This document shows positions 1 through 11,612 of a stretch of 64,000 bases of DNA, piece by piece; positions within the stretch are counted from its first letter, which is position 1; each line of letters starts with the position of its first letter. The position numbers and the translations under genes are program-made. The notes below the pieces were generated by a model, which saw only the letters and a program-made list of their open reading frames with translations, ran no database searches and was not told the DNA's origin. Where the stretch lies: positions 198,477-262,476 of the forward strand of contig CBFFRP010000348.1 in NCBI GenBank assembly GCA_965644295.1, read 5' to 3'. Source of the DNA: Paraphysomonas bandaiensis. Lineage: Eukaryota; Protista; Chrysophyceae.

Positions 1-3000
1 CACCCCGTATGATTTCAGGAGTGAATATAAACGTAGAAAATGTTGAAACAGATAGTGAGGTGCGAAGTGTGTGGTTTCTCGGCTCTGGGGTCTCCGACTG
101 CTTGCTACTTGAGGCATCTCTTCAGGAGTATTTGCACGTACCTTCCAGACTGTTCACCCAGTATTCACAACAGCTGTCAACTTCTTTGCTAGGGGAAGTT
201 GATTCATCCCCGTTTTGCGCTAACGGAACTCCGGCCACAAAGAGGCAGCGCCGAATGTCGCGCGGAAATATGGGAAGCGTATCAGTGGATACCCCTTCTG
301 GAACTCCACTTGCCACCCAAGATGCAGATGTGGCAACCTTGATGAAACAGGAGGAGGAGGCACTCTATGCGTCGTCTGCGCTCTCCATGGGTAGTGTCGC
401 TGCTTCGGACGACTCAGCAAGGAGACGAGGTGTGCGGTGTGTTTTACGTGTATCAGACACGATACCAGTTCTTGGCCCTGTTTTGTCCGCAAATTTTTTG
501 ACCAGTGATGAATCACTTTGTTCGAGCAGTGCAGTGTCGTGGAGCAGAAACAGTGAGTCTGTTGCGCCACCTGTTTTACATAGTGCTGCTGCATATATTG
601 CAGAGCGGGAACGCAAGACTGCACTTATGCTCTGCACAGGTGTAGGTGCGCAAGCCTCATTATCTAGAGTATCGAGAGGCTTGCGAATGGCTAAGATTGC
701 ATCCAGAAATTTTTCCGATATATGTGGCGTGTCATCATTGGTCTGTTCTTCTCAAGGCTGTACTTGTTTCTTTTTATCCCGTGATGGCGATGAACAGCAG
801 GGGGTCGGGAGAGGGCTTAGTACATCGACTAAGGAAACAACCCGTGTAATAATAGCTGGTCAAATTTCTGCTGTGTCAAAGAAAGGGTCTGAAGTATCAT
901 TTCGTGAACTTCCTCTAGAGAAAAACTATTTCGTGGTAGACCACCGTACTGTTGCTGTAGGGTTTGTTACAGCTGCACGTGATGTGTGCATCCAGGCATA
1001 TAGTAAGGGGTTACGTGTTGTTCGTCTTGGAGGTACTGTTGGAGAAGAGCTTACCATGGAAGCTCTCCAGGATGCCCTGTTGGGGGAAGATCTGGAAATG
1101 GGCGGAATGGGCGGATCTGTAGACGAAAAGATTGTGTTTGCTGATTTTGCAGCATATGATGGTTGGGTTCTTGCGTTGTCATCAGTTGGTACACTGTATA
1201 TCCTGAAGTATGATGAAGAAGAGGAATCTCTTGAGATGAAACACAAGATTCGATCTTCGATTATTGGTGAGGTCGAGGATGAACCGAGGGAGAGAATTCC
1301 CCAGGCCGATAAACTGGTGTCTGCAACATTCTTTATTGGAGAGCTTATGTTAGCTATAATGGAGAGTAGTTCTGTGCTTAGTAGCAACAAAATCAGTGTA
1401 GAAGATGAGGGTGAAATGTCGGTGGAAGATTCTGAGGAGAATATTAATAACAGCACGGACGCTACGTCTGAAGAGTACTTCTTCTATGGGAACTCTCTGC
1501 ACAGTGGAGATGCCTCGACGAGTTCGGAGAGCACTGTAAATGACCATGATGTGGGCTCTGATTCTTGTCAACAGAATGGCGATAATTGCAAAGCATCACG
1601 TGATATATACATTGTTCTTGTGGATAGAATGGGAAGAGTGTCATTCATAGAAATGACAATTGGAGGTAGCTCGAATATAGTTTTGAAAAAAGTATTCGAA
1701 AGCCCTGCACTTGGCGCTCTACCAGATGTGTTAATACCTGGAGATCTTAATCCGTCCCCTGTTGTGCAAACAGAAAATTCCTTGCCACCTCTTCCCCCGC
1801 CTAAGCGGTATGTCACGGAGGCACGACTTTGCCGTATCGGTAAAAATGTTCGACGCACTCATGCGAAGTTATGTTTGGTGGCGCTTCTCAGCACTGGAGA
1901 TGTTCTTGTGTATGATGCTGTGGAGGGTTACTATAATGCTGGTTCTAAGCATACTGCCATCCGCTCATTTTGCAAGGTTGAGCACACCTGTGCCACTAGA
2001 CGGGGAAAAACTGCCCGTCTAGCCATGCAGAAACTCCGACGAGCTGGACGAGTGGACGCTACTGATGGAAGCCACATCCCCTTTGCTTGTCAGCCAATGA
2101 TAGTGTGCTCGTCTGACACGGATAGTGATGCTACTGTCGTTGTCTCTGGTGGGCACCCTCTTGTGGTGAGTAGTTGCAAAGGGTTGACCTCAGTCCAGCC
2201 AGTAGGATTCCCTGAGTTGCCTTACGCAGGGACTGGGAGTCATATCACCTCATATTACTCAGCTGGTGCCACCAGAGGAATGGCTGTTCTTTGGAGAGAA
2301 GAAAAACTTGATGGCGATGTCTCGTCACATGGTGGTGGTCGACCTGCGGTTAGTACACTCTCTACCTTGGGCTTATACAAAGAGGTCCCACATCTCATCA
2401 GCTATCCTTCCAGCTCTGTTTCTGTTGTCAAGTCGAACGTTGGCACCACTACGCACAAAACAGTGGAACTTGTAGCGAAACGAACCAACGATAAAACTCA
2501 ACAAGAATTATTGCGAACAAAAACTTTTGTATTGTCATGCTCGGAGACAAAGGAGGTGCCATTTGTAAACGAAGTTTTAACTGCCAATGAAATTGAGGAG
2601 GAGAAAGGAACGTTTGAGAGATTTTTTCCTGATCTTGATAGCTTTTGTAACCCTGTGAATGATATTGGGGCCCCACCTAAGCTGGAGGAGACCCAGTACA
2701 AACTTGCTATTATGCAGGCAGGAGGGAAAATTGCAGATGAATATTCACTTCCTCCAGGGGAAAGGGTTCTAGATGTGTGTGCCCTGTACCTCACTGTCAC
2801 AGGAGAGAACGAGAGTACTGAGAATTCTGTGGAAGTGAATGGAGATACTTCCGAAAGAGGAGCACTACCTCCTGATCGTAAGAAGGCGTTCGTTGCGGCC
2901 TGTACTCAGATTGACGATAAGCATGGTGAAGACACTCGAGGAGAAGGAAGGTTGTTGTTTTTTTCTCTGGATTATGCTATGTATCAGGAGGACCAGCGAA

Positions 3001-4183
3001 GCGAAAACGATGTGAACGCACATGACTGGGCTGCTGAAGCGGAAAATGAAGTCAAGCAAGATGATTCTGCGAGAGAAAATGAGCAAGAACATCAATTGTC
3101 TGCACCGAGCGCAACGCAGTCAACGGCACAGGCTCAATTCTACGGGTCTATTAAACCTAAGTTACGGTTGTTATGGGTCGGCCCCGGACCTGGAACTATC
3201 GTGAGGCAATTCAAGGAGGAATATGTTATGTGTACAATTGGTTCAGAACTGTTCATATACAAGCTAGACCAGGCGAATATGGAACTAGACCAAATTGCGA
3301 AAATATTTGCCCAGGTATAGCTTTTTTGATTTTATATTCAGTGTAACGATGAATTGCAGTTTTACATATCCACCGTATCAGTCGTGAAAGATTATATTCT
3401 ACTGGGAGATGCTTGTCGTAGCGTACAGTTCATCGTTTGGAGGGAACGTGATAATTTGTTAAAGCCCCTTGGAAAAGATTATGACGATTTCGCCTGCGCG
3501 TCGGCTGAGTTTGTTGTAGATGGAGACATATTAGGAATCGCTGTAGGCGACGACGAAGGAAACATGAAGCTGTTACGTTATAATCCACGGTAAAGTATTG
3601 AACATACATCCACTGCTATTCTAATTATGATGATAGTGTTGTTGAAAGCAAGAAAGGGTTCCGCCTACTCAATGTTGCTGATTTTCATTTGGGCGATGTG
3701 GCGTCGGTGCTTTCTCCTCACAGGGTTTTGGACTACCCTGCTGGAATGCCTAATAGGGCTCGTGCGAAGTCAGAATCTTCGCAAAGTCCACGACCTCCAC
3801 CGCAGACGACTGCTCCGCTTGGCTCTCGCATGGAAAAGATGACTGGAAACAGAACATCGCTGTTGGTGGGTACGTGTGACGGCGGGCTAGGTGTGCTGGT
3901 TCCAGTGGAAGAGCGGATACATCGGCGTCTAGCGCTATTGCAAAGCATCATGGGGACCACTGTTCCCATGACGTGTTCCCTTAACCCGAGTGAGTTCCGA
4001 TTATTAAAGACTTCTAAATTACGAATGGAAAAAAAACGAGGCATATTAGATGGGGTTTTGTTGTGGAAATACATTAATTTGGAAGCTTCGTTGCAAGACG
4101 AATTAGCTGGTGCCATGGGGACGACAGCGGATGCAATTATTGAAAATATTCAAGAGCTAGATTCTGTATCATCTTACTTTTAG
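1..4183 (+). CDS. CPSF1: Cleavage and polyadenylation specificity factor subunit 1 (CPSF160), 5'-truncated by the window edge
   Basis: Long ORF 9..3320 is open upstream. Introns 3315-3359 and 3590-3636 join it to a CPSF_A-type C-terminus: GEDTRGEGRLLFF, KDYILLGDACRSVQF, GFRLLNVADFHLG, HRRLALLQ, LNPSEFR, GILDGVLL. Confidence 0.88.
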
Positions 4184-4385
4184 CATTATAACTTCATTCA
4201 AGTAATAAAACACACTGCACATCTTCAATTTTCTACGAATACATTCTAATGAAATGCCACTAGTATGACAGAAATAAAGGTGATCTTAGGGGCGACGTCG
4301 TTACCATTGGAATTGTTACTTCACTATACATGAAAGCTGGCTAGTTTTCTATGCATTATATATATAGTGTCATTCAATTTAAAAC

Positions 4386-4715
4386 TAGGACCTGGTAACC
4401 ATTAATGGGTGCCCAATTCCCGGCAATTAGTAGATATGTCCCGGTAATTATAGTGGCCATTACACCTAACTAGATGATAATATCGCTCATAATAGATAGT
4501 GTGGTCCCCGGAATTACTAATTATGTGTTAAATAACAGACTATACGAATCGTAACATCGTAACAACATATCATTATTATTCTTGCTCTCACTGGCAAATA
4601 TATAAGGATCTTCTTGCAACGCTTCATGGAGGGTATAGTAGCATTCCACTGCATGTTATTGGCTCGTAGAAATATAGCAACGATTCTAGACGATATGTAT
4701 TCCTATTTCGACTTT
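4386..4715 (-). mobile_element. Degenerate hAT transposon end with remnant of the transposase C-terminus
   Basis: TIR-like TAGGACCTGGTAACCATTAATGG at 4386. Minus strand reads FLRANNMQW...HEALQEDP. It is a diverged direct repeat of 5226-5345. Confidence 0.5.
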
Positions 4716-5205
4716 CCTTCAACAACGTCGGACTCGCACCTTATTGTGGGCTTCTGGGGCATAACTATCGGGGATATTTCTCTGGGAAGCTAACGTGAGC
4801 CGCATATATAGTCAGCAGATATTGTTTTGCCCACTTATATAGCCAAATATCTGTGTTGTACAAGGGACACTTATTAGTGTCACTTGTGTAGACATCTTTT
4901 TTGGCCTTGAATAAACAGGCATCCGGAAATGGGCCCACCTTAAGGGCACACGGGGTATTGAGCTGTCTGTTGAAGTCAAGCATCCGGGCTGTTCACCTTA
5001 AGGACTCAAAAATCCTGAAGTCAGTAGATGTCAGGTATATCATGCTCACTGTGTTAAATTTTGCTTTGAGTGATAGAGCGAAAGTGGTTGCACCTTGGTG
5101 CTTACGGTGACGCGCAAGCAGCTTTCGTAGCGTTAAATAGTAGAATATCAGAGATAAGCATTGACTCTTAATAAATGGCTATTGCTAATAATAAGGAATT
5201 TACTA
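4716..5205 (+). mobile_element. SINE-like structured dispersed repeat, copy A
   Basis: Alignable by eye to 33907-34375, to the reverse complement of 32920-33360, and to 43120-43275. The 3' part (5080-5150) matches the LINE tail at 42803-42870. Confidence 0.75.
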
Positions 5206-5225
5206 CTAATCAACTTTGCACGATC

Positions 5226-5858
5226 CTACGAATCGTAACTACACATCACCATTTCTCCGCACTCCACCGGCACATCAGGATCTTCTTGCAGGGCTTCATG
5301 GATGGTGTTAGTTTCCCACAACATGTCATTGGGACGTAGGAATAAGAATATAATTCGCTTCATGTTTCTACGTTCAGGCGTCATAATCGACTTTTTATGA
5401 CTACATAAAGGCCTCTCAACAACATTAGATTGTAATTCGATAATACGAAGCAAGCTGCGGTAGTTGGACACATAGGTACTAAATCTAGCTCTTTTGGTGA
5501 CCTCAGCGCTGTGCGAAATCAGTTACTTCACTTTCGTCGTCGTGATTGCTGTCGGATGTTGGATGCACTAACATCAATGAATGAATGCAGTTGCTAATTT
5601 CTAACCGCTCTTCTCTCATTACCTGTTAACCCACTTTCATCGTTCCTCTGAATTTTAGCTAGGTGATCATTGCACAACGAATAAAAATGATACAGAGGAT
5701 TTTACGAATCCACTCTGAAGAAGACTCTGTAAACTACACTGCCAATATTATTGTTTGCCATTATCATCGTACTTTACTTTTGTCTGGTTAAGTAAGTAAT
5801 GTTCCAATTCCAATAATTGCCAGTTAATGACACTACCATTCATGGCTATCAGGCCCTG
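5226..5858 (-). mobile_element. Degenerate hAT remnant (dimerisation-domain pseudogene plus TIR-like end)
   Basis: Minus ORF 5226..5471 contains SNVVER..KSIMTPERRNM..FLRPNDMLW..IHEAL, a hAT C-terminal pattern. Ends in CCATTCATGGCTATCAGGCCCTG at 5858, an 18/23 inverted match to 4386. No TSD found. Confidence 0.55.
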
Positions 5859-6113
5859 CAACTAATTATCGTAGAACTAATTTAAAAGTTTCTGGATAAA
5901 TACAGTACGCAGAATGAATATAATATAACACGTATGTATTATTACCAAATTTGAAACACTAACATAGCCCCCTCTGCGTGGCATCAAACTCGAGGTAAAC
6001 ACCAAAATATCGACATTTTCGTTTCTTGAGCGCAACCGCTGAATTAAAAGCCATAAACTACAATACTCTGTACACGTCAGCCGGTTTCATTCACACAACT
6101 TCTTCGATACCAA

Positions 6114-8986
6114 TCAAATCCGTCTGATGCATGGAATCTGTAAGCTGATAAGAATGTGAGACATATAGTAGTTACCTTGGGCATACACCGTGAAACTTCA
6201 AGCAATATATCATCACCGATTGCAGTGTCAATATTTGCAAACTTATTGACTTCCAAAGTATCGTGTCTACCCGGCCAAACGAGGCTGTAAAGATCTCCCC
6301 TACACAACGTTGACTCCACCCCCTCAGCATCATTTCCATGTGCACACTGCATTTTCTGCTGATCCTTCAATACACTGTGCAAATTTTCCTTTTCTCGTTG
6401 TCGCTGAGGCAAACAGCAAATTCACGACAATTAATCGAATACATGAGCACCTACCCGCACAACCTCCTGCTCAATTCTATTCACAGTTACGAGGCGGTAA
6501 ACGTACACCGGACGAGTCTGTCCCTGTCGCCACACACGTGCCATAGCTATGGCGGCTCCAAATTATATAAAATTGTGAAAAGCGCCAGGAACGCACCTTG
6601 CTTGTCGACAGCTGGATTCCAGTCGCAATCCAACATAATAATTCGGTTCGCACCAATTCTACAATGTGTAACATAAGATGGTGTCGCAAGAATGGATATG
6701 CACTGACAAGTTGAGTCCCACTCCACCCGCCTTTGCGGAGAGGAGGAAAATACTAGCCGAGCCACTTGGAGAATTAAATCGGTCAACCAGTGCCTGTCTC
6801 CTATCGGGTGGAACCCCGCCGTCCAAACGGAGAAATTTCCATCCCCGCTCCACCGCGAGGTCCTCAGCGTGCTGAAGCATCGCTCCAAAGTTTGACACAA
6901 CCACCTATGGTGGACTATGAGTTCATAAGGGTAAAATAACACGCTGTTACAATACCACTTTGCCTCCGCCTTTCCTTTCACGATCCCTGGTAATGCAACT
7001 TAGCATAGCATCCAGGATCTGTTCAAAATAAAATTCAATATATAGCAGAAAATTATACACAAGCATTGCCTCGTACCCGTAGTTTCACAGACTTATTTAG
7101 CAGCGCTTCCACTTCTTGCGCATGCTGCCATTTATTCGAATTACAATCGTCACTGCTATTGTTCTCAACCTCATCTCCCGCCGCATTACATATTTGTCGC
7201 AGTCTCTGAAGTCCAGGTAGAACTATATCCGCCCTGCTTGAAGTTTCTTCTGAGGAATACGCTTCCTCGCACTCCCTGTACCAGTAGGACTCGATGGCAT
7301 CCGAACCTCTGCCCGATTCATCCTCCCTGCAGACAGCATCACATCAGGAATTCCTGAACAATACCAGCACCATATACCCTATAACATCACGGGCAGTGAT
7401 CCGGTAAGCATTCTCTTGTGCGTTTGATAGACCGGTAAACAGAAAGAACTCCCGCCTGGGTGGAAGTATGTTAGTGAGAACTTCCTGTTGAGTGCGTCTG
7501 ATCATAAGACTGTCCAGCACACTCTTGAGGAAGGTGTGGGCATCTTCCGCAGCAGCCTGGAAATATTCAGACGAGGGGTCACGAGAGCGCTGCTCAATCG
7601 GGTCGACCACGCGGGCCCTGAACGCCGCTAGAGATCCTGTCTGCAAAGTTAGCATCACATGAGAGGCTGTGAATGCACCCACCAAGATCATTCTCGGGTG
7701 CTACAAATTGAAGCACTGCGTATAGTTCCTCAAGGTCATTCTGTACAGGCGTACCAGTGAGAACCAGTCGACGCCTGGCTCGACATGTGCTGCGTCACAT
7801 ACAAGTCAATTACAGATTATATCCTTCTACCGGAGCAGCGTCTCACCTCAAAGCAGTAATTGTCTTCGTGCCACTCACGTTTTTGAGTCTGTGTCCTTCA
7901 TCACATACAATAATGTCGAGCTGTGAAACTTCATTTAGCGCATCAGCATGCCTACGAAACATCTACACAAGGAGTTTCAGGCGCAAGATAAACACATGTT
8001 GCACCACCTCATAGCTTATCACCAAAACCTGGAAAACACACAAATGCATCAACTATGGTAACTACCGCATTACTTGGCAGCATTACCGGGGTCATTGCAG
8101 GATGACCTACGCGAAACGTACGAATAGCACGATCTGCAAGGGGGCCGCTTCTGACGCAGAGTGGCTTCAATTTGACACCCATCCACTTTCTCATCTGTGG
8201 ATAAATTATTCGCAAGGTCCGAATCAATGTGGCACCCACCGACCTCCTTCTCCCAGTTATCGACGAGAGAAGATGGGCAAACCACTACGCCCTTTCCCCT
8301 TCCACCCTTAACATACGCCCACAGTACTGCTATGGCTGTCAGTGTCTTTCCAAGTCCTACACACTGTTATATCACAGCATAATTTCCACATACGTACCCA
8401 TTTCGTCGGCCAAGATCGCCCCATACACTGGAAAAGGACAGGATGTGTTCGAGTCCAAAACTTCAGCAGCTGACTCATCAAAGTCTCGACCCTCCTCTAG
8501 TATTTTGCTATTTGGCTCCAGACAATTTAGAATAAACTGAGCGCCCTCAATCTGGTGGGGCTTCATCACCCTCTGAAGCGACTGGTCTATTGCACCACAG
8601 TTCACAACTGGAAACGTGCCAGCTTTCACATTAGTAGTGTTCTTATGTACTGAACTATAACGACTCTTCACAGCAGGTGCTGATATTCTCTGAGGAGGGC
8701 ATGTGGCTTGCGACTGCACAGAAGGTGCCGGCTCCTCCACCTGAATGTGGAACTGGCCGATAGAAAACTCCTCTTGCTGACAACAACTCTTCGCCTGATC
8801 ATCATTGATAACCTTTCGGACACATTCTTTACTAGATTCATCCAGCAGAGTGGCGATATAGCCGTGTGTCCTCTTGTTCAGCACGAATGTTCCATCATGA
8901 TAGATTTTCCTCTTCTTGTGCATGTCCTTAGTATACAGCACTGATATAGACCGCCCACAGTCACTCACACTATCAGAGTCTGACAT
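6114..8986 (-). CDS. RAD54B: RAD54/RAD54B-like SNF2 helicase with N-terminal DUF2439-like motif; multi-exon, 3' end approximate
   Basis: Motifs GAILADEMG|LGKT, VCPSSLVDNWEKE, IIVCDEGHRLKN, LTGTPVQNDLEE, RLDG, IFLLSAKAGGVGLNL, WNPAVDKQ|AMARVWRQGQ. N-terminal VLYTKDMHKKRKIYHDG. Confidence 0.8.
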
Positions 8987-9094
8987 GAGAAGAGGAGACT
9001 ATGAGCTACGAGCTATTCATGGCTTCCTGGTGTGGTTAGATGCTCTTGTGACACAAACATAATTCGAAATACGAATACCCGCCAACAGACACCA

Positions 9095-9444
9095 CATACA
9101 TACATACATACATACATACATACATACATACATACATACATACATACATACATACATACATACATACATACATACATACATACATACATACATACATACA
9201 TACATACATACATACATACATACATACATACATACATACATACATACATACATACATACATACATACATACATACATACATACATACATACATACATACA
9301 TACATACATACATACATACATACATACATACATACATACATACATACATACATACATACATACATACATACATACATACATACATACATACATACATACA
9401 TACATACATACATACATACATACATACATACATACATACATACA

Positions 9445-9474
<30 letters not shown>
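9095..9474. repeat. (CATA)n microsatellite, about 95 perfect units
   Basis: Directly visible; lies in the divergent spacer between the RAD54B-like and TMEM242-like genes. Confidence 0.98.
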
Positions 9475-9478
<4 letters not shown>

Positions 9479-9652
9479 CATATACAGCAGAGTACCTGCC
9501 ACTCATCGCATGAAGGTTGGTGTGTACTTATGTCCAATCCATTGTATAGCTCTGGGGTTCCTAGGAGTCCCTCTCATATACCAGTTGGATCATATAATAA
9601 CATCATTTAATATCCGAACAGCATTTAGGTGCTCAGTACTGGTTGTGTATAT

Positions 9653-10210
9653 ATGTCGTCAACGGAAGACAAGACTGACGAGAATCAAACATCGCTCTTC
9701 ACAGCATCAGTGATATCATTCGGTGCTTTGTCGGGTGGATTCGTCGCTGGCACTTTATGGCAGTTCAGAAAGTCTAATTTCAAGTTGAATTTTAGGAAGC
9801 ATCATAGTGATATTGCTTTTGCGAGTAGGGCACTGCTTGCTGGATCCGCATTATGTTTCGGGACATTTGGAGTCCTGGCATCTGTGTTCATGTTCACAAC
9901 TGGCGTATCGTCTTTCGTAGATCTAAAATATTTCATGAAATCGATCGCAACGGGTACTAAAGTTAATGGCCCATCTGAAGATCTGGTGAGGTATAAAAAA
10001 GTGACAGCGAATATGACTTTTTCTGAAGAGTGCGACTATTTATACAAGCTCCACATTGCTCCACATTTAAATTCTACCTCTACCGAAGAAAGCAACACAG
10101 ATGATAGTAAAAGCTCTATGGAAATTGAAAATTTTAGTGCGGAAGAGTTCCATTCAAAAGAAACGCCGAACCTTCAGAGCGAATCAGAGTTCAGCTCGTC
10201 TCAAAATTAG
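9653..10210 (+). CDS. Small two-TM membrane protein, TMEM242/DUF1358-like
   Basis: First ATG at 9653, two hydrophobic segments. FASRALLAGSALCFGTFGVLASVFMFTTGVSSFVDL resembles the ALRALGWGS...GVHSMNDF block of TMEM242. Confidence 0.55.
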   Translation: MSSTEDKTDENQTSLFTASVISFGALSGGFVAGTLWQFRKSNFKLNFRKHHSDIAFASRALLAGSALCFGTFGVLASVFMFTTGVSSFVDLKYFMKSIATGTKVNGPSEDLVRYKKVTANMTFSEECDYLYKLHIAPHLNSTSTEESNTDDSKSSMEIENFSAEEFHSKETPNLQSESEFSSSQN

Positions 10211-10419
10211 TTGTTGATGACTGTTTTTTGTTAGTATGATGTAGTTCACGTATATTTCTTTCAGACGATAATATAAAATTTTAGCTACTAAGTTAATGGA
10301 GTTGCTGTGAAATGATATTTCGAAGTGAATTGGTGACTTTGAATGCGTTCAACATGAAATGTCAAAGCGTGCACCTAGTCTATATTCTATATATATATAT
10401 ATATGAGATATGAGGTATT

Positions 10420-10490
10420 GGGAAATATAATTCAACCTGGTCAAATTGGTGTGAAAATCTAGTCAGGTGATTGGAAAACCTAGTCACTGA
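10420..10490. repeat. Orphan degenerate terminus of the same MULE-like family
   Basis: GGGAAATATAATTCAACCTGGTCAAATTGGTG...AACCTAGTCA resembles the TIR at 10576. Confidence 0.6.
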
Positions 10491-10575
10491 TCAATTACGA
10501 ATTCGAGTATAACTAACAACGAGTAAGTGTTTAAGGCTTTCACTTTGTATTCAAGCATGTCAACATACAACATAC

Positions 10576-11424
10576 GGGATATATTATTCAACCTAGTCAA
10601 TTTGGTGGAATTTCCTAGTCATTCCATTTTCGGTGTAAAAACCTAGTCAAAGCCATAAATGACTCAACCTAGCCAATTATAGTATTAAACCTAGTCGTTC
10701 TTACATCCATTGATTACACATTGCGACTGTCTAAGATACGCGCACACACCACACAACATATTGATGGCTCGTAGAGCATCACAACAAACATAACAATTCA
10801 TTCATATCTACATAAATATCTACTTAACAGTGTATGTGTATGTATATGCAGCATATCTGTATAGCTTATTAGTGTACGATGGGTCTCTTATCAGTGTTAT
10901 GAGGAAGAGGAGTGGTCAGTGTAGCTGTGCTGTGGACATACCCCCATGAATATACGTCGACAGAAACCTGGAGATCTTCATACGCTATGAGTGAGATCGC
11001 TTACCTTCCTTCAGCGACTTGCTTGTTGAGCGACTGTTTTGACTTCCAGGAGGGCATGAATACCCCATGTTTCTAGACCGATTAAGAAAAAAGAGGGGTT
11101 TTCATGTCAAAGTCTGTGTATACAAGAGCGAGAAAGGTTTTCGATGGCAGCGTCGGTTCTCTGATGCCCCTGATGAGATATTTGTCCATCCTAAGATACG
11201 ATGCTGAAATATATGATGCACATTGAATATTGCATGCATGCAATATTTGCTAGAGTATGCTCCCACGTTTGACTAGGTGAATACCCTATTCCACCTAGTC
11301 ATTGTAAAGTTAAAAATCTAATTATTTAATGACTAGGTTTTTCAACCTTTTGACTAGGTTTTTCAACCAATTTTGGTGTGACTAGGAAATTCCACCAAAT
11401 TGACTAGGTCGAAAAATAGATCCC
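10576..11424. mobile_element. Non-autonomous Mutator-like (MULE) DNA transposon, 849 bp
   Basis: 46-bp TIRs (10576-10621 and 11379-11424, 3 mismatches) starting GGG. Perfect 10-bp TSD TACAACATAC (10566-10575 and 11425-11434). Subterminal ACCTAGTCA repeats are inverted between the two ends. Confidence 0.88.
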
Positions 11425-11612
11425 TACAACATACTCTTCCAACTTCCAATCATGTATTGCTATACATGCAATACATCATATTACCGGTAGCAAATCGGAA
11501 TTTGGGCAAGACGCCAATCACTGAAGGCAACATTACAGAGTACACATGTATTATATTTATATACAAAAATATAAAAACTAGCAGCGATAACAAGGGCCTC
11601 CAATGACAAATT

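Noticed and set aside
4765-4983. Similar short minus-strand ORFs in repeat copies (WAKQYLLTIYAA here, WAEQYLLTIYAA at 33895-34140)
   Set aside because: The similarity follows from the DNA repeat; indels between copies do not preserve frame and copy C lacks the equivalent ORF.
9013-9610. ORFs of MYVC/HTYI repeats (also 24249-24638)
   Set aside because: Translation artefacts of the stop-free (CATA)n microsatellite.
10420-11410. ACCTAGTCA repeats resembling a CRISPR or iteron array
   Set aside because: Short, irregularly spaced and inverted between the two ends; explained as transposon subterminal repeats in a eukaryote.
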